From Candidatus Micrarchaeota archaeon (GTDB taxonomy: Archaea; B1Sed10-29; B47-G15): 64,000 nucleotides of DNA. Position numbers and translations under genes: made by a program. Of this stretch, positions 38,982 to 48,727 are shown one piece after another. The notes below the pieces were generated by a model that saw only the letters and a list, made by a program, of their open reading frames with translations, made no database searches and had not been told where the DNA came from. Every line of letters begins with the position of its first letter. Position 1 is the first letter of the stretch. The stretch covers positions 9,963 to 73,962 of the forward strand of contig QMVG01000005.1 of assembly GCA_003660975.1 (NCBI GenBank). The letters are read 5' to 3'.

Positions 38982-39195
38982 TTTATGGTCGAAGACCATA
39001 AGCTTGGGGCTTTATTTCGCTTAAGCCTTTAACATCGCAATAACAGAAAAGGCTTAAATCCCTCCGGGTCCATTTTTGCTTAAGCTTTTTCTGTAGGTTT
39101 AGTAGAAAAAAGCTTATTTTTGCTTTTTTGCTTAAGCTTTTTCCATAGATTTGATAGAAAAAAGCTTAAAGCCTTTAACACAGCAATAACAGAAG
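38965..39195. repeat. tRNA 3'-end duplication plus tandem palindromic repeats
   Basis: AAATCCCTCCGGGTCCATTT at 38965-38984 and 39056-39075; two TAAGCTTTTTC..GAAAAAAGCTTA hairpins; two AAGCCTTTAACA..GCAATAACAGAA copies. Confidence 0.85.
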
Positions 39196-39202
39196 AAATA
39201 AG

Positions 39203-39646
39203 TTAGTGGCTTTCTTTTGTTAGCAGGCGGTCCAGGTAATCTATTAGGATGTTAAGGGTTTTCAGCAATTTCTCCTTCTCCTTGAATTCTTTTTCCTCCT
39301 TTTCAAGTTGCCTTTTTAATATTTCCTCACTGTTATAAAATGAAGGCACCAAGCTTTCCTTTGCTCTTTCAAGTTCTGCTTCCACAGGGCTTAACTTTCC
39401 TGCTCTCCTTCTTGCTTTTTTTAATTTTTCTATATCTCCTGCCATCCTGGTCAAATCCCTTGACTCTGGGAGCAATACTCCCAAGTCTATCAGCTCCCTG
39501 ACCAATTCTTCCCTTCTTTTCAGCAATGAGTCTCTGAGCCTCTTTAAGTCTTTGAAGTGCTTTATCTCTGCTTCCCTATCTGCTTTTATTCTGATTCCTT
39601 TTTCTGTGACCTCTACCACTGCCTTCTGTTTTCCCCTCTTTTTCAT
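39203..39646 (-). CDS. Hypothetical basic coiled-coil protein
   Basis: 147-aa K/R/E-rich ORF, coupled to the upstream ORF. Confidence 0.6.
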   Translation of the reverse strand: MKKRGKQKAVVEVTEKGIRIKADREAEIKHFKDLKRLRDSLLKRREELVRELIDLGVLLPESRDLTRMAGDIEKLKKARRRAGKLSPVEAELERAKESLVPSFYNSEEILKRQLEKEEKEFKEKEKLLKTLNILIDYLDRLLTKESH

Positions 39647-40161
39647 TTAACCATTTCCTCTATTTTCTTTAATTTCTTCATTGCCTCCTGTATGCGGGCT
39701 AACTTTAGCAGTATCTCCTTCTGCTTTGAAGGGGAAGACATATACCTACTTTCCAATCTCCTACGCTCATTATCCAATTCATTCTTGAGATTTTCCAGCT
39801 CGGGCAAGGTTTTGCGCTTTATTTCTTCTAGCTCTCTGTCTAATTTACGCAGTCTTCTTTCATCAAAGTTTATCGCTTCTTTAAGCATTTCCACTTTGCT
39901 TTTCTGTTGTTCTACAATATCAGGCACCAAGCCTGAATCTCTTATCTTTGGAGGAATGGCTTCATCAACTTTGCTTTCTTTCAGCATTAAACGCAGCTTC
40001 TCTGCTTCCCATATCTCTTGAATCTCCTCGCCCTCCTCAATTATCTCTCTTTGTTTTTTCTTTAATTCTTCAACCTTTCTCGCCGCCTCTTCTATTTTGT
40101 TTATTTTGAAAAGCCATTCAGGCATAGCTTTCCTGGAGGCAGTTTTCCTTTTAACTCCCAT
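39643..40161 (-). CDS. Hypothetical basic coiled-coil protein
   Basis: K/R/E-rich ORF with heptad character and GGTGA SD. Confidence 0.6.
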   Translation of the reverse strand: MGVKRKTASRKAMPEWLFKINKIEEAARKVEELKKKQREIIEEGEEIQEIWEAEKLRLMLKESKVDEAIPPKIRDSGLVPDIVEQQKSKVEMLKEAINFDERRLRKLDRELEEIKRKTLPELENLKNELDNERRRLESRYMSSPSKQKEILLKLARIQEAMKKLKKIEEMVK

Positions 40162-40223
40162 ACAGCTCACCGCTCAGCACAACAATAAGAAGAGCGCATT
40201 TACTATATAAAAATTTGCAAAAA

Positions 40224-40793
40224 TTAGGCAGATGCCTTAGCTGCTTCCTTGCCTGCCTCTTCTTTCCTTATTGCCTCAACCTTTACTTTCGGTGTCCCAG
40301 GCATCCTGCTACCTGCTTTTCTTAATGCCTCTCTTGCTTCCTTTTCAAATTGCTTCGTGGTGTAAATGCTCATTATCTTCTGTCCTTTCTTAACAACAGC
40401 AGCTCTTCCAACAGGCTTGCCAAAAGCTTTTCTCATACCAGAAGAAAGCCTGTCAGCTCCTGCTCCTGAAAGCATTGCATGTTCTCTCAGAACCTGATGT
40501 GGGAAAACACGCACTTTGAAATAGTAATTTTCCTTTCCAACATGCTTCTCCATATGCCTATTGCATGCAATTCTTGCAGCCTCTAAGGCATTATGTCTTA
40601 TTTGGCATGAAAAGCTTGGTATTAGATACACCTCAACATCTCCCTCTTTCTGCCATTTTGGGCTTCCCATGTCAAAGCTTCTTATTCTTGAATCAGGAAC
40701 GCCTTTAACAAAAGCCTTGTTTACTTTTCTTCTAGCAGTTCTGGTCCAAGCCCTTTGAATTGCCCTGTATATTCTTGCAGGTCTAAGTCCCAT
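40224..40793 (-). CDS. rpl10e: 50S ribosomal protein uL16 (L10e)
   Basis: MGLRPARIYR, ALEAARI, PHQVLREH, GAGADRL..GMR.AFGKP. Confidence 0.95.
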   Translation of the reverse strand: MGLRPARIYRAIQRAWTRTARRKVNKAFVKGVPDSRIRSFDMGSPKWQKEGDVEVYLIPSFSCQIRHNALEAARIACNRHMEKHVGKENYYFKVRVFPHQVLREHAMLSGAGADRLSSGMRKAFGKPVGRAAVVKKGQKIMSIYTTKQFEKEAREALRKAGSRMPGTPKVKVEAIRKEEAGKEAAKASA

Positions 40794-40860
40794 AGAAACA
40801 CCTTTTCAATGCTCAGAAAACGCAGTAAGATTATAAATGCAGGGGTTTAAAAAGCTTTTG

Positions 40861-41487
40861 TCAAAACCTTATTTGCTCAGCCTTCTTAACGGCAGCCCTC
40901 ACCAGGTCATTAGCATTGTCAACGCGCGACTCTGCCTCTTTTATATCTTCCAAAGAAGCATGCGTTTCTGGGTGCTTTGCTATCATAAATGAACAGCAAT
41001 CAGTATAAGGCAATATAGATATATTATACGTCCCAATGCGCTTTGCTATGTCAATCACCTCTTGCTTGTTCATAGAGATAAGGGGGGAAACAACAGGCAG
41101 CTTGGATGCTTCATAAATGCACTTCAAGTTTGCCAACGTCTGAGAGGCGACCTGCCCCAAACTATCTCCGGTTATGACTGCGTCTGCATTCCCTATTTCA
41201 TTGCATATCCTAAACATAAAGCGCCTGTAAATAATCATCCTGAACCTTGGCTTTATACATTTGATTATTTCCTTCTGGATATCTCCAAATGGAAGCAGAT
41301 AAAGAAGAAATGGCTTCTGATATTCAGATAGCTTCTTTCCCAACACCTTTATTTTACTCAACATTTGTTTACTTTGAGAGGTTAGATTAAATGCGTGAAC
41401 GGCTCTAATCTCATGTCCTCTTCTCATCATTAAATAAGCTGCTACAGGACTGTCAATGCCTCCTGAGATAAGAGACAGCATTTTCAT
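40861..41487 (-). CDS. thiI: ThiI-like tRNA sulfurtransferase, catalytic PP-loop domain only (no THUMP)
   Basis: LISGGIDSPVA, TGDSLGQVASQTL.NL, IGTY..S..PY.DCC. Confidence 0.8.
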   Translation of the reverse strand: MKMLSLISGGIDSPVAAYLMMRRGHEIRAVHAFNLTSQSKQMLSKIKVLGKKLSEYQKPFLLYLLPFGDIQKEIIKCIKPRFRMIIYRRFMFRICNEIGNADAVITGDSLGQVASQTLANLKCIYEASKLPVVSPLISMNKQEVIDIAKRIGTYNISILPYTDCCSFMIAKHPETHASLEDIKEAESRVDNANDLVRAAVKKAEQIRF

Positions 41488-42329
41488 AAGATTCCCTCCA
41501 TTAGCTTACACATTTTACATATTTCTGTTCTGCTGGGCTCTCCACACAACCTACACCGCTTAAGTTCACCACCTGGGTCACAGTAATCTCTAAGTCGTGG
41601 GAGCAGCTCTAAGAAATGTTTAACGATTTTAACCTTTATCTCATTATCATATCTTTCTAATTCTCCCAGGTGCTTCCTCATAAGAAGTCTAGAACCAGAA
41701 ACAAGAAAAGGACATGGTTCGTAAATAATATTAAAACCAATGCCTTCAGCATATCTTTTTATCTCCTCATTACTGAGAAAGTAAAGTGGTTTTATTCTCT
41801 GCACGAAAGCTTCGTCTCTGAGCACGCCTGTCATTGGTCCTTCATTAATACCTAAGCAGGGGTTCCCGCTGAATAAATTCATTAATATGGTCTCAGCCGC
41901 ATCATCCAGATTGTGGCCTGTGGCTATCTTCCTAAATCCCAACTCTTTCGCTTTTTTGTTCATCAACCACTTTTTCACTATGCCACAAACCATACAATTG
42001 TTCAGCTTTTTATCTTTCAACTTCTTCCAAAGCTCCAGCATGGTAAAGCCTATCTCTTTTTTCAGATAGAATATATGAAGTTTAATGCCAAGGCTTTCAG
42101 CAATGTTCTTTGCATTGACCATATTTTTCTCAATGTAATCTCCTGTTTGGATGTCGATAAAGATTCCCTCTACTTTAAATCCAAATTTGTTCAAGAGATG
42201 CATAACTACTGCAGAGTCCTTTCCTCCTGAAACTGCCACCAGAACTTTTTCACCAGGAGAAAGAAGGCCATAGCTATTTATTGTCTCTCTGACCTTGCTT
42301 TCAAAACGTTTCGTAAACTGAGTGTCCAT
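41484..42329 (-). CDS. TtuA/NcsA-family tRNA 2-thiolation protein
   Basis: SGGKDS, C..CG, ATGHNLDD, RIKPL, CP, C-terminal CxxC...CxxC. Confidence 0.85.
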   Translation of the reverse strand: MDTQFTKRFESKVRETINSYGLLSPGEKVLVAVSGGKDSAVVMHLLNKFGFKVEGIFIDIQTGDYIEKNMVNAKNIAESLGIKLHIFYLKKEIGFTMLELWKKLKDKKLNNCMVCGIVKKWLMNKKAKELGFRKIATGHNLDDAAETILMNLFSGNPCLGINEGPMTGVLRDEAFVQRIKPLYFLSNEEIKRYAEGIGFNIIYEPCPFLVSGSRLLMRKHLGELERYDNEIKVKIVKHFLELLPRLRDYCDPGGELKRCRLCGEPSRTEICKMCKLMEGIL

Positions 42330-42392
42330 GTTAATATAGATTGGCCGGCAAGTTTATAAATTTAGACTATGTATCAGAGATAGGGTGCTTGA

Positions 42393-42965
42393 ATGAGAAG
42401 GGTTAAGATAAAGTCCGCCAAGGGCCTTAAAGGACCGGTATTGGAAATTGAGAAAGCTAAATACAAAGAGGTAATGCGTAGGCTTCAAGAAAAAGAGGAG
42501 AGAGAAAGCAATGCCAGACTAGTAGAGCAGATAATGGACATAGGAAAGCAGTCTTTTAAGGAACTAAAGGGATGGATGAAGGTTGAAGAAAAAAGAGCGG
42601 CAAGTGATCCAGAGATTGTAGAGAGAATGAAAAGAATTAACGAAAGCTTAAGCAAGAAAAAGCTTCCAGAATTTGCATTTGAGGTAAAGGAACTCATTGA
42701 TGTGTTAAGAAAGAAAGGGGTCGCATTACCAAGGAATGCAAAGTTCACTTTGAATATGGAGCAAGTTGTTGAAATTGCAGAGAATGAGGCTGCATTAAGG
42801 AAAGCAAAAGACGTTGTTGGACTAATGAAAAAAGCAGAGAAAAAAGGCACTGTAAAGAAAATACGTGGCTGGAGTGATTGGGAAAGGTTGATAAAAGCAT
42901 ATGGGGGAAAGCTTCCTAAAAAGCAGGAAGCAAAAAGGGCAAAAGACATGAGAGACATTGTCTGA
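42393..42965 (+). CDS. Hypothetical basic helical protein
   Basis: 190-aa ORF with own TATA; begins MRRVKIK. Confidence 0.6.
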   Translation: MRRVKIKSAKGLKGPVLEIEKAKYKEVMRRLQEKEERESNARLVEQIMDIGKQSFKELKGWMKVEEKRAASDPEIVERMKRINESLSKKKLPEFAFEVKELIDVLRKKGVALPRNAKFTLNMEQVVEIAENEAALRKAKDVVGLMKKAEKKGTVKKIRGWSDWERLIKAYGGKLPKKQEAKRAKDMRDIV

Positions 42966-43065
42966 AGGAAATATTTATAAATAAACCCGAACAAAATATT
43001 GCAGAGCTTTTTAATTATCCTCAATGTTGGCTAAAAAGCCAGAAGAGGAGCAAGGAGTGAGTTGA

Positions 43066-43557
43066 ATGGGAGCAAGTAAACTAATATCTGAAACATTTAA
43101 GAGAGAGTATTCTGGAAAGGACAAAGAACTAAAAGAACTGTACAGGCAAAAGCTGATTGAGTGGAGAAAACAACCTGCCCAGGTAAGGGTGGAAAAGCCA
43201 ACAAACCCAGTAAGAGCAAGAAGGTTAGGGTACAAAGCAAAGCAGGGGATAATAGTTGTCAGAGTTAGAGTTAAAAAAGGCTCTGGCCACATCACAAGGC
43301 CAAATGCCAAAAGAAGACCACACAGAATGGGAGTAAATAAAAGAAAGAGGGCAAAATCATTGCAGAGAATCGCAGAGGAAAGAGTTCAGAGAAAGCATAT
43401 GAATATGGAAGTAATAAACTCCTACTGGGTTGGTGAGGATGGACAGCACAAATGGTACGAAGTGATCCTCGTAGACCCAAATCACCCCCAAATAAAAAAT
43501 GATAAGGATTTGAATAAAATCGCTAACAGAAAGCATGCGGTTTTCAGGAAGCGGTAA
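43066..43557 (+). CDS. rpl15e: 50S ribosomal protein eL15
   Basis: PT...[39 protein letters not shown]. Confidence 0.95.
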   Translation: MGASKLISETFKREYSGKDKELKELYRQKLIEWRKQPAQVRVEKPTNPVRARRLGYKAKQGIIVVRVRVKKGSGHITRPNAKRRPHRMGVNKRKRAKSLQRIAEERVQRKHMNMEVINSYWVGEDGQHKWYEVILVDPNHPQIKNDKDLNKIANRKHAVFRKR

Positions 43558-43558
43558 T

Positions 43559-43981
43559 GTGAAGAACATTTCAGAGGTGGAAATGGAGCTATTCATATAC
43601 CCCACTGAAGATGAGAAGAAAGTGCTGGAATCAGTGAAGACGCTAACTGAGATAAAGCCTACAAAAGAATCCATAGAATCATACTATGGGCCAAAGATAA
43701 AGAAAATCACATACAAGATAAAGAAAAGCAGGGACATCAAGAGCTTTATAAATAAATTAAAATCCTTGCTTTCTGAAACAGATAGGAATGAAATCTTAGA
43801 ATCACTTGGGGATAGGATAGATAGCGAAGGCAAGTTATATATACGCTTTTCAAAACAGGATTTATTAAAGGGAAAATTAAAGAAACAATACAGCGGAGAT
43901 ATAATCTTGGTTAAAATACATTTGATTTCATACCAAAAAGCAGATGAACACAAAAAGATTGCAAAGGAGATATTGGCATGA
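43559..43981 (+). CDS. RNA-binding protein of the exosome superoperon (COG1325-like)
   Basis: TEDE.KV, .G..I, LYIRF.KQ motifs; conserved position after rpl15e. Confidence 0.75.
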   Translation: MKNISEVEMELFIYPTEDEKKVLESVKTLTEIKPTKESIESYYGPKIKKITYKIKKSRDIKSFINKLKSLLSETDRNEILESLGDRIDSEGKLYIRFSKQDLLKGKLKKQYSGDIILVKIHLISYQKADEHKKIAKEILA

Positions 43982-44286
43982 TTAAGATTATAAGAAGCCA
44001 TGAAATGAAGTTTAAAAAGAAGGATGGTTTAGAACTTGCAGACTTAATTCCAGAAATAGAAGAGCCAAAAATTGAGAAATTAAAGGCCATCAATTGCAAG
44101 GAGAGAAAAACAAGCGGTGAATATAATATTCTATATTATGTATTAGCAGGGGGTTTAATAGTAAAATTCGGCAAAGAGCCTATGACAGCTGGGCCTGATG
44201 ATGTCGTTTTTATAGGGCCTGGTGAGTACTATGATATCGAAGGCAGCTTTACAGCGATAAGAATAAGATGGAAGGGAAGTAAATGA
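43978..44286 (+). CDS. Cupin-fold protein
   Basis: YYVLAGG......AGPDDVVFIGPGE pattern; no His ligands. Confidence 0.6.
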   Translation: MIKIIRSHEMKFKKKDGLELADLIPEIEEPKIEKLKAINCKERKTSGEYNILYYVLAGGLIVKFGKEPMTAGPDDVVFIGPGEYYDIEGSFTAIRIRWKGSK

Positions 44287-44807
44287 AAGCCTTTATTGAT
44301 TTTGTAGCTTCAGAGGACTGTGTCTCATTTGGAAAAAAGCTTGGCTTTTCTAGACTGCTTTTTAATGAGCTCAGCCGTGATAAGATTTCAAAGACAAAGA
44401 TAAATATTATATCGCCTAAAAGCCCTGAAGAAAGCAAAAGACAGCTGAGAAATAAAATGATTGACATAATATTGGACCCATTCGACAAGAGAGGACTTTT
44501 TATTGATTCTGCCTTTCTGAACATAGCAAAGCAAAAGCAAATATCAATAGGCATCTCCTTCAGCAAATTCCTCCGGGCTGATGAGAACAGTAGAATAAGA
44601 TTATTGCACAACATGAGGCGTTTGACTGCGCTTGTTAGCAAATTAAAAGGGGATTTGGTGTTGATGAGCTTGGCTGCTGAGATTTACGAAATGCGGAGCC
44701 CTGAGCAGTTAATCCTTTTTGGTGAAATGCTTGGCCTTAGCAGAGCTCAAGCCACATGGTGCATCACAGAGTCTCCAAAAGGGATAATAAGAAGGAAAAG
44801 CTTATGA
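44283..44807 (+). CDS. rnp3: RNase P protein Rpp30
   Basis: S.A...YEMRSP..L..F...LG motif; position before Pop5. Confidence 0.75.
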   Translation: MKAFIDFVASEDCVSFGKKLGFSRLLFNELSRDKISKTKINIISPKSPEESKRQLRNKMIDIILDPFDKRGLFIDSAFLNIAKQKQISIGISFSKFLRADENSRIRLLHNMRRLTALVSKLKGDLVLMSLAAEIYEMRSPEQLILFGEMLGLSRAQATWCITESPKGIIRRKSL

Positions 44808-45145
44808 AACCCTTTCCTGCTGTGCTGAAAGAAAAAAAGAGGTATGTCATATTTGAAATAATCTCAGAAAAAAGAGTAAAGGAAGACGCTGTTAAAAAAG
44901 CCTTTTTCAGGGAAATCAAGTCATTTATAGGCATCAATGGCATGGCAGATGCAGCGCCAACGGTAGTATATTTTGATGAAAAAAGCAAAAAGGGCGTGTT
45001 AAAAGTGGACAACAGGGCCTTAAAGCAGGTAGAACAGGCATTGAGCCTAATAAGAGAAATAAGCTTTAATAAGTGCTTTGTTCATATTATAAAGACTACA
45101 GGAACTGTTAAAAAAGCTAAAGAATTGGTTAAAAGAGGTGATTAA
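44804..45145 (+). CDS. rnp2: RNase P protein Pop5
   Basis: LKEKKRYVIFEI, G..G, TGTVKKA. Confidence 0.85.
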   Translation: MKPFPAVLKEKKRYVIFEIISEKRVKEDAVKKAFFREIKSFIGINGMADAAPTVVYFDEKSKKGVLKVDNRALKQVEQALSLIREISFNKCFVHIIKTTGTVKKAKELVKRGD

Positions 45146-45889
45146 TTGCTTCCGGTTTCTTCCACACAAGCCTATGACAGGGCAATAACAGTATTCAGCC
45201 CTGATGGGAGACTATTCCAAGTAGAATATGCAAGAGAAGCTGTCAAGCGTGGTTCAACTGCACTCGGCATGATATTCAGAGATGGGGTGCTGCTTGCCAT
45301 AGACAAAAATGTGGAGTCAAGACTGCTAAAAGGTGAAAGCATAGAAAAGATATTCAAGGTTGATGAACACATTGCAGTTGCAACATCTGGCCTTGTTGCA
45401 GACGCAAGAAGGCTCATAGACCATGCAAGGGTTGTGGCTCAGCAAGAGAGGTATGTCTATGACGAGCCAATAGATGTTGAAACACTTACAAGAGACATCT
45501 GTGACCTAAAACAAACATATACGCAGTTTGGAGGAGCGAGGCCTTTTGGAGCAGCTCTTCTCATAATGGGAATTGACAAAAGTGGTAAACATTTATTTGA
45601 AACTGACCCTTCTGGAGCATTTAGAGAGCTCTACGCTTCATCTATAGGTTCTGGAAAACCACAGGTAGATGAAATTTTAGAGAAGGAATATGACGAAAAC
45701 ATATCAATGGATGATGCTGTTTCATTGGCCTTGAGAATACTGACAAAAGTAGGGGACAAAAAAATATCTGAAAATACTGTTGACATATTCTACATAATGG
45801 ACAGGGATAGAAAAGTAATAAAGATGTCCAGAGACGAAATAAAGGCAGCAATTGAGAAGGTAGTGAAGAAAAAGGGACAAAAGAAGTGA
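45146..45889 (+). CDS. psmA: Proteasome alpha subunit
   Basis: YDRAITVFSPDGRLFQVEYAREAV, SGLVADAR, RPFG, TDPSG. Confidence 0.97.
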   Translation: MLPVSSTQAYDRAITVFSPDGRLFQVEYAREAVKRGSTALGMIFRDGVLLAIDKNVESRLLKGESIEKIFKVDEHIAVATSGLVADARRLIDHARVVAQQERYVYDEPIDVETLTRDICDLKQTYTQFGGARPFGAALLIMGIDKSGKHLFETDPSGAFRELYASSIGSGKPQVDEILEKEYDENISMDDAVSLALRILTKVGDKKISENTVDIFYIMDRDRKVIKMSRDEIKAAIEKVVKKKGQKK

Positions 45890-45894
45890 GGTAA

Positions 45895-46593
45895 ATGATT
45901 AGTGTAGATAAGGCAGTTATTGCCAGATATGAGCATAAAGGCAAGAACTTTGAGGTACTTGTTGAGCCTGAAAGGGCGCAGGAAGTCAGGAAAGGGAATA
46001 AGGTCCCACTTGACGAGCTCGTGGCAGACATGGAAGTGTTTTCAGATGTCAACAAAGGAGAGAGGGCAAAGAGAGAGGACATAATAGAAGCATTCGGGAC
46101 AGACGATTTTGAAACTATCTTGTATTATATTTTGAGGCACGGAAACATTCAGATAACAACAGAGCAGAGGAGAAAAATGCAGGAAGCGAAGAGGAAGAAA
46201 ATCATAAATATGATTGCTAAGAACGCTGTTGACCCTAATACTCATATGCCACACCCAATGCAGAGAATTGAAAACGCAATGAAGGAGGCCAATATCCACA
46301 TTGACCCATTTAAGAGCCCTGAAGAGCAATTGGATGCAGTGATATCTGCTCTGAGGAGAATACTCCCACTGAAAATCGAAACAGATGTAATTGAAATAAT
46401 AATTCCAGCAACTTATGCTGCAAGGGTTTACGGAACTCTCAAAAAATACAAAATGACAAAAGAAAGATGGTTGGATGACGGTTCGCTTTATGCCCTATTT
46501 GAGCTGCCAACTGCTGTCGAATCAGAGTTCCTGGACTTTGTCAACAAGATAACTGCTGGAAATGTTGAAACAAAGATCATTGAAAGAAAATAA
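45895..46593 (+). CDS. Ribosome maturation protein SBDS
   Basis: ARY..G..FEVLV, FGT.D, QLT-like QITTEQRR, PHP..RIE.AM. Confidence 0.93.
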   Translation: MISVDKAVIARYEHKGKNFEVLVEPERAQEVRKGNKVPLDELVADMEVFSDVNKGERAKREDIIEAFGTDDFETILYYILRHGNIQITTEQRRKMQEAKRKKIINMIAKNAVDPNTHMPHPMQRIENAMKEANIHIDPFKSPEEQLDAVISALRRILPLKIETDVIEIIIPATYAARVYGTLKKYKMTKERWLDDGSLYALFELPTAVESEFLDFVNKITAGNVETKIIERK

Positions 46594-46602
46594 GGAGATT
46601 AT

Positions 46603-47199
46603 ATGAAAAGATTTGTAATACCTGGAGAAAAATTGGAAGGAAGACCAAACGCCCACTATTATAGGGAAGGAAATAACTACTACTCACAAGTGTTTGGCAT
46701 ATTGGAAAAGAAAGACAACTTCCTCAAGATAGTGCCACTTAAAGGAAAATACATGCCACACAAAGGAGATTATGTAATAGGAATCGTTATTGATGTTAAA
46801 TACGGCGGTGTTATTGTTGACATAAACAGCTCCCATTTTGCATTCCTGCCAACCAAGAACTCCCTCAACTACAAAGACATTGTATCAGCAGAAGTAATAG
46901 ACATTGATGAAGTAAGAAATGCAACACTGGGTAATGAAAGGAAACTTTTCGGTGGTGAGATAATAGAGATAAACCCTGTTAGGATACCTAGGGTAATAGG
47001 AAAGAACAACTCAATGCTCAAATTACTAAAAGATAAAACTGGCTGTTCGTTCTTCGTTGGAAGGAATGGCCGCATATGGATAAAAGGAAAGAATTCTCCG
47101 ATTTTAGCGGATGCAATCTTTAAAATAGAAAGAGAGGCCCATACATCCGGCCTTACTGAAAGAATAGAAAAGTATTTAGATGAAATGTTGAAAGGGTGA
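46603..47199 (+). CDS. rrp4: Exosome subunit Rrp4
   Basis: V.PGE, Y.P..GD.VIG, PRVIGK..SM, G.NGRIW, EAHTSGLT. Confidence 0.92.
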   Translation: MKRFVIPGEKLEGRPNAHYYREGNNYYSQVFGILEKKDNFLKIVPLKGKYMPHKGDYVIGIVIDVKYGGVIVDINSSHFAFLPTKNSLNYKDIVSAEVIDIDEVRNATLGNERKLFGGEIIEINPVRIPRVIGKNNSMLKLLKDKTGCSFFVGRNGRIWIKGKNSPILADAIFKIEREAHTSGLTERIEKYLDEMLKG

Positions 47200-47204
47200 A
47201 TTAA

Positions 47205-47939
47205 ATGGGAATGAAAAAAGAAGGTTTAAAACTGTTTGAGAATGGAAAAAGAATTGACGGAAGGGCATATGATGAACTGAGACCGATAAAGATGGAGGTA
47301 GGTGTCTTAAAAAGAGCAGATGGTTCCTGCTACCTTGAGTGGGGAGGAAACAAGGTTTTAGCAGCTGTGTACGGACCCAGAGAATGTTTGCCTAGGCACA
47401 CACAAGACCCTTTGAAAGCAAGAATAAATTACAGGTATAATATGGCTCCTTTCAGCACAGATGAGAGAGTGAGGCCAGGACCCAGTAGGCGAAGCATTGA
47501 AATATCAAAGCTCAGCAAAGAAGCCCTAGAACATGTGATTTTTACGGAATACTTTCCAAAAACCAGTATAGATATATTCGTTGAGATATTGCAAGCAGAT
47601 GCAGGAACTCGCTGTGCTGGTCTAACGGCAGCTAGCCTTGCGCTTGCTGATGCAGGCATACCTATGAAAAGCTTGATAACTGCCTGTGCTGCTGGGAAGA
47701 TAGATGGGAAAGTCGTATTGGACTTAGGAAAGCTAGAGGATAACTTTGGGGAAGCAGATTTGCCAATTGCATACATGCCAAGGACAAAGGAACTTGTCTA
47801 TCTTCAGATGGATGGTGACTTAACAAAAGATGAGTTTAAGGAAGCACTAAGATTGGCGCTGAAAGGTTGCGATGAGATATATAGAATTCAGAGAGATGCT
47901 TTGAAAAAAGCTTATGAAGGTGAAGTAAATGGTAGATGA
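47205..47939 (+). CDS. rrp41: Exosome subunit Rrp41
   Basis: RIDGR..DELRP, ADGS, YGPRE, PSRRSIEIS, ADAGTR. Confidence 0.96.
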   Translation: MGMKKEGLKLFENGKRIDGRAYDELRPIKMEVGVLKRADGSCYLEWGGNKVLAAVYGPRECLPRHTQDPLKARINYRYNMAPFSTDERVRPGPSRRSIEISKLSKEALEHVIFTEYFPKTSIDIFVEILQADAGTRCAGLTAASLALADAGIPMKSLITACAAGKIDGKVVLDLGKLEDNFGEADLPIAYMPRTKELVYLQMDGDLTKDEFKEALRLALKGCDEIYRIQRDALKKAYEGEVNGR

Positions 47940-48723
47940 AAATGAAATTGTGTGGTTAGTAAAAAAGGACGCTGTAGCAGATATGATAAAAAATGGAAAG
48001 AGAAGTGATGGAAGAAAAGCATATGAATACAGGCCTATTGAGATAATTACAGATTATGTGAAAAGAGCAGAAGGCAGTGCATATATAAAACTTGGAAACA
48101 CACAAATCTTGGTGGGCGTGAAAATGGATGTGGGCCAGCCATACTCCGATTCTCCAAATATGGGAACATTGATAACTAACGCTGAGCTTGTTCCTCTGGC
48201 TTCTCCTGTTTTTCAGCCAGGCCCTCCTAACGAAAACGCAATAGAACTGGCAAGAGTTGTTGATAGAGGCATAAGAGAGAGCAAGATGATTGACTTTGAA
48301 AAACTGTGCATCACAGAAGGCGAAGAGGTCTGGAATGTGCTAATAGACATCCACGTCCTTGATTTTGACGGAAACTTAATAGATGCAGCAACTTTGGCGG
48401 CTGTTAAAGCTTTGTGGACTGCAAAGATGCCAAGATATGAGGATGGAAAGGTGATATACGAGGACAAAAAGGATAGTCTTCCTGTCAGCAAAAAGCCAGT
48501 GGCTTGCACCTTTGCAAGATTTGGCAATGTAAGTATTTTAGACCCTTCTTTAGAAGAAGAAAAAAGCATGGACGGCAAAATAACCATTACCACAACTGAC
48601 GATGGGAAGATATGCGCTGTACAGAAAAGCGGGATAACTAAAATTAGCGTTCCTGAGCTTGAAAATTTGATAGACGTTGCCCTTGAGAAGGGAAATGAAA
48701 TTAGAAAGACTTACTTAGGGTGA
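47929..48723 (+). CDS. rrp42: Exosome subunit Rrp42
   Basis: R.DGR...YR, AEGSA, GPP.ENAIELARVVDRGIRES, DGNLIDA. Confidence 0.96.
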   Translation: MVDENEIVWLVKKDAVADMIKNGKRSDGRKAYEYRPIEIITDYVKRAEGSAYIKLGNTQILVGVKMDVGQPYSDSPNMGTLITNAELVPLASPVFQPGPPNENAIELARVVDRGIRESKMIDFEKLCITEGEEVWNVLIDIHVLDFDGNLIDAATLAAVKALWTAKMPRYEDGKVIYEDKKDSLPVSKKPVACTFARFGNVSILDPSLEEEKSMDGKITITTTDDGKICAVQKSGITKISVPELENLIDVALEKGNEIRKTYLG

Positions 48724-48727
48724 TAAG

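Noticed and set aside
38965-39195. Possible CRISPR array
   Set aside because: Units are heterogeneous hairpins without regular unique spacers; no cas genes
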